The notes under the pieces were generated by a model that was not told the DNA's origin, did no database searches, and saw only the letters and a program-made list of their open reading frames with translations. This document shows, one piece after another, positions 60,371-64,000 of a DNA stretch of 64,000 nt. Made by a program: the position numbers and the translations under genes. The stretch comes from an uncultured Planctomycetota bacterium (GTDB lineage: Bacteria > Planctomycetota > Planctomycetia > Isosphaerales > Isosphaeraceae), in NCBI GenBank assembly GCA_963823665.1, contig CAWGMQ010000008.1, positions 96,001-160,000 on the forward strand, in the 5' to 3' direction. Numbering within the stretch: position 1 is the stretch's first letter; each line of letters opens with the position of its first letter.

Positions 60371-62038
60371 TCACTTCGCTGCCTCGCCAATCACCTGAAA
60401 CAACATCTGGCCCTGCCGTACAACGGCCCCTTCCTCGATCAGTACGTGTCCATCGGGTGGATTCGCATAAACAACGATCCCATCTTGCGGAGCCAGCACC
60501 TTACAATCCCTAATCTGGCGCTCCAGCTTCTTCTCTCTGGATTGCTCGAGGTTCCATGTCGCCTTCTTGGCTAATTCGTTCGAGCGCGCTTCCATGACGA
60601 GGTGTTGGAGCTGTCTGGTTTGCTTGTCCTGGGTGTAAGCTTCCAGGATGTGCAGCCGGTTCACGGTCTTTTCTATCGCAAGCTTGGCACGTGCGATCGC
60701 GACGTCGGCCTGCTTGAGCGTCAGGTCCCTATCTGGACCAATCTGGTTGATCGCCTTGCGTTGCTCATCGGCAAGCGCCAGCTCTGCTTCGGCAAGCTTC
60801 AACTCTGCTTGAGTCTCCCGTTTCTCGCGGGGCAGGAGATCATCCACGTAGGCAGTCACGTCGTGTTCGGCCGCTTCGCGTCTCAATGTGGCGTTCGCGA
60901 AGATCGCTTCCGCGGATTTGGTCGTGATCTGCTGGTTCGTCAACGAATCGCGAAGAGACGCCGAATCGAGCTCGCAAACGAGTTCGCCTTTCTTGACCCT
61001 CGATCCGTTGGGCACGATCATCAAGATCGACGTCTTGTCCTTGACTGGTGTGCTCACCGTCGTCGAAGCCGCGATTGAACGGTCCTTCTGGCGCGCTGGG
61101 TTCGTCGTGCTCCGCTCGCCTTTCGCTTGGACGACCTGCCCAGTCGTCACGGCGACGCCGGCGCCGTAACCCGCGAATCCAAACAAGGCGATACCCGCCA
61201 CGAGGCCACCGATCTTGCTCATCGTCATGCTCCAGAGGGTTCGTTGGACGAGGCACACAACTGATGCGGTTCCCGCCTTTGCCACTACGCCCGACTTTGC
61301 AACTTGAGAAGCGCCCGTCATCGTTGAATGAACCAATTGATCTGGCACCGGCGAGCACCGCATCGCAAAACGCGTTTCCCATCCGGGCAACCCGCTCAGA
61401 GCCATCGGTGCCAGCCCACGACGCATCAATCGACTGCGCAACAGGTCCCGCGCTCGAGCCATTCGACTGCGAACCGTTCCCACCGGGCAGCCGAGTTGTG
61501 CGGCGACCTGATCATGGGTCAGTCCCTGCCAGTAACAGCGCAAGATCACGTCGCGATACTTCGCCGGCAGTCGCCGAACCTCCTCTTGAACGAGAATGTC
61601 CGATTCGAATCGGCCGGCCTCTTGATCATTCGGGGGACTAAACACCGGAACCACCCTGAGTCGCGCACGATGCTCAACCACTCGGCGCCTAGCCGCATCG
61701 GCTCGTGCACGGGCCGCGACGCGGCACGCCACGCCATAAAGCCAGCCCGCGGCCGAGTCATGGCGCCCGATCGAGCCCCTGCGCCGGAGGAGCACCAGAA
61801 AGGTCGCCTGAAACGCGTCCTCGGCGTCATTCGAGTTTCGCAACAAGTTCCTGCACACGCGCAGCACCATCGGACCATGGCGAAGTAACAACAGCTCGAA
61901 TGCCGCTTCCGCCGAAGCGTCCCCGCCGCGCGCAAACCGCTCAAGCAATTCCCGGTCACTGAGCCCGACTGCCGTGCCCATCTCAAACAGCATCTCGATG
62001 TCGCGCAGAGCCGCGCTCGATCGCCCCGCAACCTTCAT
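60371..62038 (-). CDS. ECF sigma factor fused through a TM helix to a HlyD/membrane-fusion-protein-like domain
   Basis: HGPMVLRVC, DAEDAFQATFL, GTVRSRMARAR; TM helix; VPNGSRVKKGELVCELD, coiled coil, APQDGIV. Confidence 0.85.
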   Translation of the reverse strand: MKVAGRSSAALRDIEMLFEMGTAVGLSDRELLERFARGGDASAEAAFELLLLRHGPMVLRVCRNLLRNSNDAEDAFQATFLVLLRRRGSIGRHDSAAGWLYGVACRVAARARADAARRRVVEHRARLRVVPVFSPPNDQEAGRFESDILVQEEVRRLPAKYRDVILRCYWQGLTHDQVAAQLGCPVGTVRSRMARARDLLRSRLMRRGLAPMALSGLPGWETRFAMRCSPVPDQLVHSTMTGASQVAKSGVVAKAGTASVVCLVQRTLWSMTMSKIGGLVAGIALFGFAGYGAGVAVTTGQVVQAKGERSTTNPARQKDRSIAASTTVSTPVKDKTSILMIVPNGSRVKKGELVCELDSASLRDSLTNQQITTKSAEAIFANATLRREAAEHDVTAYVDDLLPREKRETQAELKLAEAELALADEQRKAINQIGPDRDLTLKQADVAIARAKLAIEKTVNRLHILEAYTQDKQTRQLQHLVMEARSNELAKKATWNLEQSREKKLERQIRDCKVLAPQDGIVVYANPPDGHVLIEEGAVVRQGQMLFQVIGEAAK

Positions 62039-62151
62039 TCGGCGTGCCCTCGGTGTAGCATCCGGCCATGATCTCTAGTGAGTGCCTCGAACCAAGAAAA
62101 ACTATCCGCGATTTCGCAGGTCCGGCTTCAGCCTGACGATTCCTCCTCCGA

Positions 62152-64000
62152 CTACATTCGCAACGACCGCGCCTCCTTGATCACCGCCATCCCCTCCGTC
62201 AATCGATCCTGTGCCACAAGCGCCTCCCCCAGCAATCGTCCGCTCTCAGCGGCGCCCCATCGAAATTGACACTGCGGACTCGAAGCCAAGCGAAGCGCTT
62301 CGCGGGCGGCTTGTTCCGCCGCCACCGGCTGCGACTCACTCAATAGCAACTCGGCATTCACCGCCAAAAGCTCAATCTGATAGAGCCCCATTCCGCACCG
62401 CCGTGCCAGGTGCAGTCCCTCCTCCGCGGCACTCCGTGCGACAACAGTGTCGTGGCTTCGCATCGCGATGCGAGCGCGAACCAGGTGGTACACGCACAAA
62501 TGTTCGACCGAACCTGAATGTAAGATCCAGGTGGTAGCATCGTCGAGCGATCGCTGCGTGCTCTCAAAATCTCCGAGCCGGCTCGCCGTATCCGCCCGGA
62601 ACAACTGGCCGCGCACACGATCGTCTTCCCACCCGATCAGGCCATAGACCTGTTCGGTCTGCGTGGCTTGCCACGCGTCTAGCGTCCGTCCGAGATAGAT
62701 CAGAAGTTGGACCCGCGGAATCACGCAACCGAGCGCTTCACCCGGCAATTGAGCTGCCCTGCCCATCAAGAAGTGGGCGACCTGGGTGCGCGCGGTATCC
62801 CCCTCTTTCTCGACCTCGTTCAGCCGCCCTTCTAGCAAGCGGATGTCGGCCCGGAAGAACGGCAGGTTGTTCTGTTCGTAGGCGTGGTCGAGCTCCCCCA
62901 GCGCTCGCAGATACCATCCCATCGCCCAGCGGTCGGGACACGGAGAGAACCCGCGCAGGATCCTCAAGCCCCGGGCCATCTCGCCGAGCTTCCACGCAAG
63001 GTGCCGATGCCCGCCCAGAATCTGAAAGTACAATCCTTGTGCTTTCGCCGTTTCTCCTGCTGCGCACGGCGTGCGAGATGGCTTCCTCGACGAGATCCAG
63101 TGACGCTTTTTCCGTAGGCAGGCGCCAGCCCGGCTTTCGGACCAGGCTGATGAGCTGCTCGCCGATCAACTGGTGCCAGAATCCCTGTTCCGAGCTCGTT
63201 GCCAGTTGGGCGAAGTAATCGCGCACCGCGGGGTGTACGCTCACCGAGCCGTCGGCCTCGCGCAATGCCAGATGTCGCAGCACAAGCCCGTCGAGCGCTC
63301 GCTGGAGCGCGCTTGCCTCGAGGGCGGCCAGCGGGCCGCTCGCTTGCCATTTTCGCTGGTACAGCTTGCAAATCTCATGGACGCGCCGGAGCGCAAAGTG
63401 CTTGACGGCAAATCGCTGAACGATTGCGCGTTCTCTCTGAACGGCATGCAACAGGTCCGGGGGCGTCAGATCCTGGGCTCTTGGCTCGACCGGTCCCCAC
63501 CCTTCCTTGAAAAACGCGGCTTCGAGTACCTCGGGCTTCTTCTTGTACGGAAAGAGGGGATGGTTCTGGAAGGATTGGTACAGCTCGATCGCTTGGCGAA
63601 GTTGCTGCTGATCTTGCCATTTCAAGGGGCGCTGTTGTGTTGACACCTCGAAATTGGTCTTGTCGTAGAGCTGGATCACTTCCTCGATCATTGCTTCGGC
63701 GTTTGCCTCGAAGTCATCCCGGAGACTGGCGATCGCCTGCTTGACATTATCTCGGAAAAGCCGGTCCGGTCCTGCGATTGGAGTTTCGACGAGCGCCGCG
63801 GCGACCCCCGCGGACACCGCCTCGCTCACCTCGAGCATCAAGTCGCGCGTGATTACTTTCGATTCGGGCATGAGCGAAAGCTCACCGATCAGTTCGCCCG
63901 TGGTGCGAAAGTGTACCGCCGGGGAACACAGAAACAGCGGTACGATCTGGTCGACGCGCATGCTTCGCTCGAGCAGGCAGAGGCGGCATAAAAGCGCCAG
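62152..64000 (-). CDS. C-terminal part of a large protein, winged-helix-like plus TPR-like region (possibly STAND-type); 5' end outside the window; frameshift near 63060
   Basis: LDGLVLRHLA...VSVHPAVRDYF followed by helical TPR-like repeats in ORF 62152-63033. Confidence 0.55.

Noticed and set aside
1..64000. tRNA, rRNA, integrase or IS transposase genes
   Set aside because: None recognised by eye, so the boundaries and mobility of the DGR region cannot be defined from this window

Overview
High-GC bacterial chromosomal segment with a clear Planctomycetota (probably Isosphaeraceae-like) gene repertoire: DUF1559 prepilin-like genes, a DUF1549/DUF1553 plus DUF1501 pair, ASPIC/UnbV proteins, ECF sigma factors and Ser/Thr kinases. 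About 1-45 kb is accessory DNA with many frameshifts and several internally deleted genes. About 46-60 kb is intact housekeeping DNA (lysS, lolC/E-lolD, ilvE, USP, NUDIX, ECF sigma, lepB, lysA). The main result is a complete diversity-generating retroelement (DGR) on the minus strand at about 35.3-41.7 kb. Its target is a ~1,500-aa Ser/Thr kinase - STAND-type NTPase - TM - helical - FGE-sulfatase/C-lectin protein with a C-terminal variable repeat (VR, 37149-37272). It is followed by an HRDC accessory gene, a DGR reverse transcriptase and a template repeat (TR, 35342-35465) that overlaps the RT 3' end. By manual alignment TR and VR differ at 18 of 124 positions, all at TR adenines. A full-length group II intron (31506-33504) lies about 1.8 kb away. 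Other notable items are three paralogous small Cys/His secreted ORFs upstream of DUF1559/ASPIC genes (one ends in HPPR), an orphan CheB lacking its catalytic Ser, an EF-hand/deiodinase-like protein, an HTH protein with YD-like repeats, and several REP-like repeat families. All calls come from reading motifs by eye; no database searches were run.
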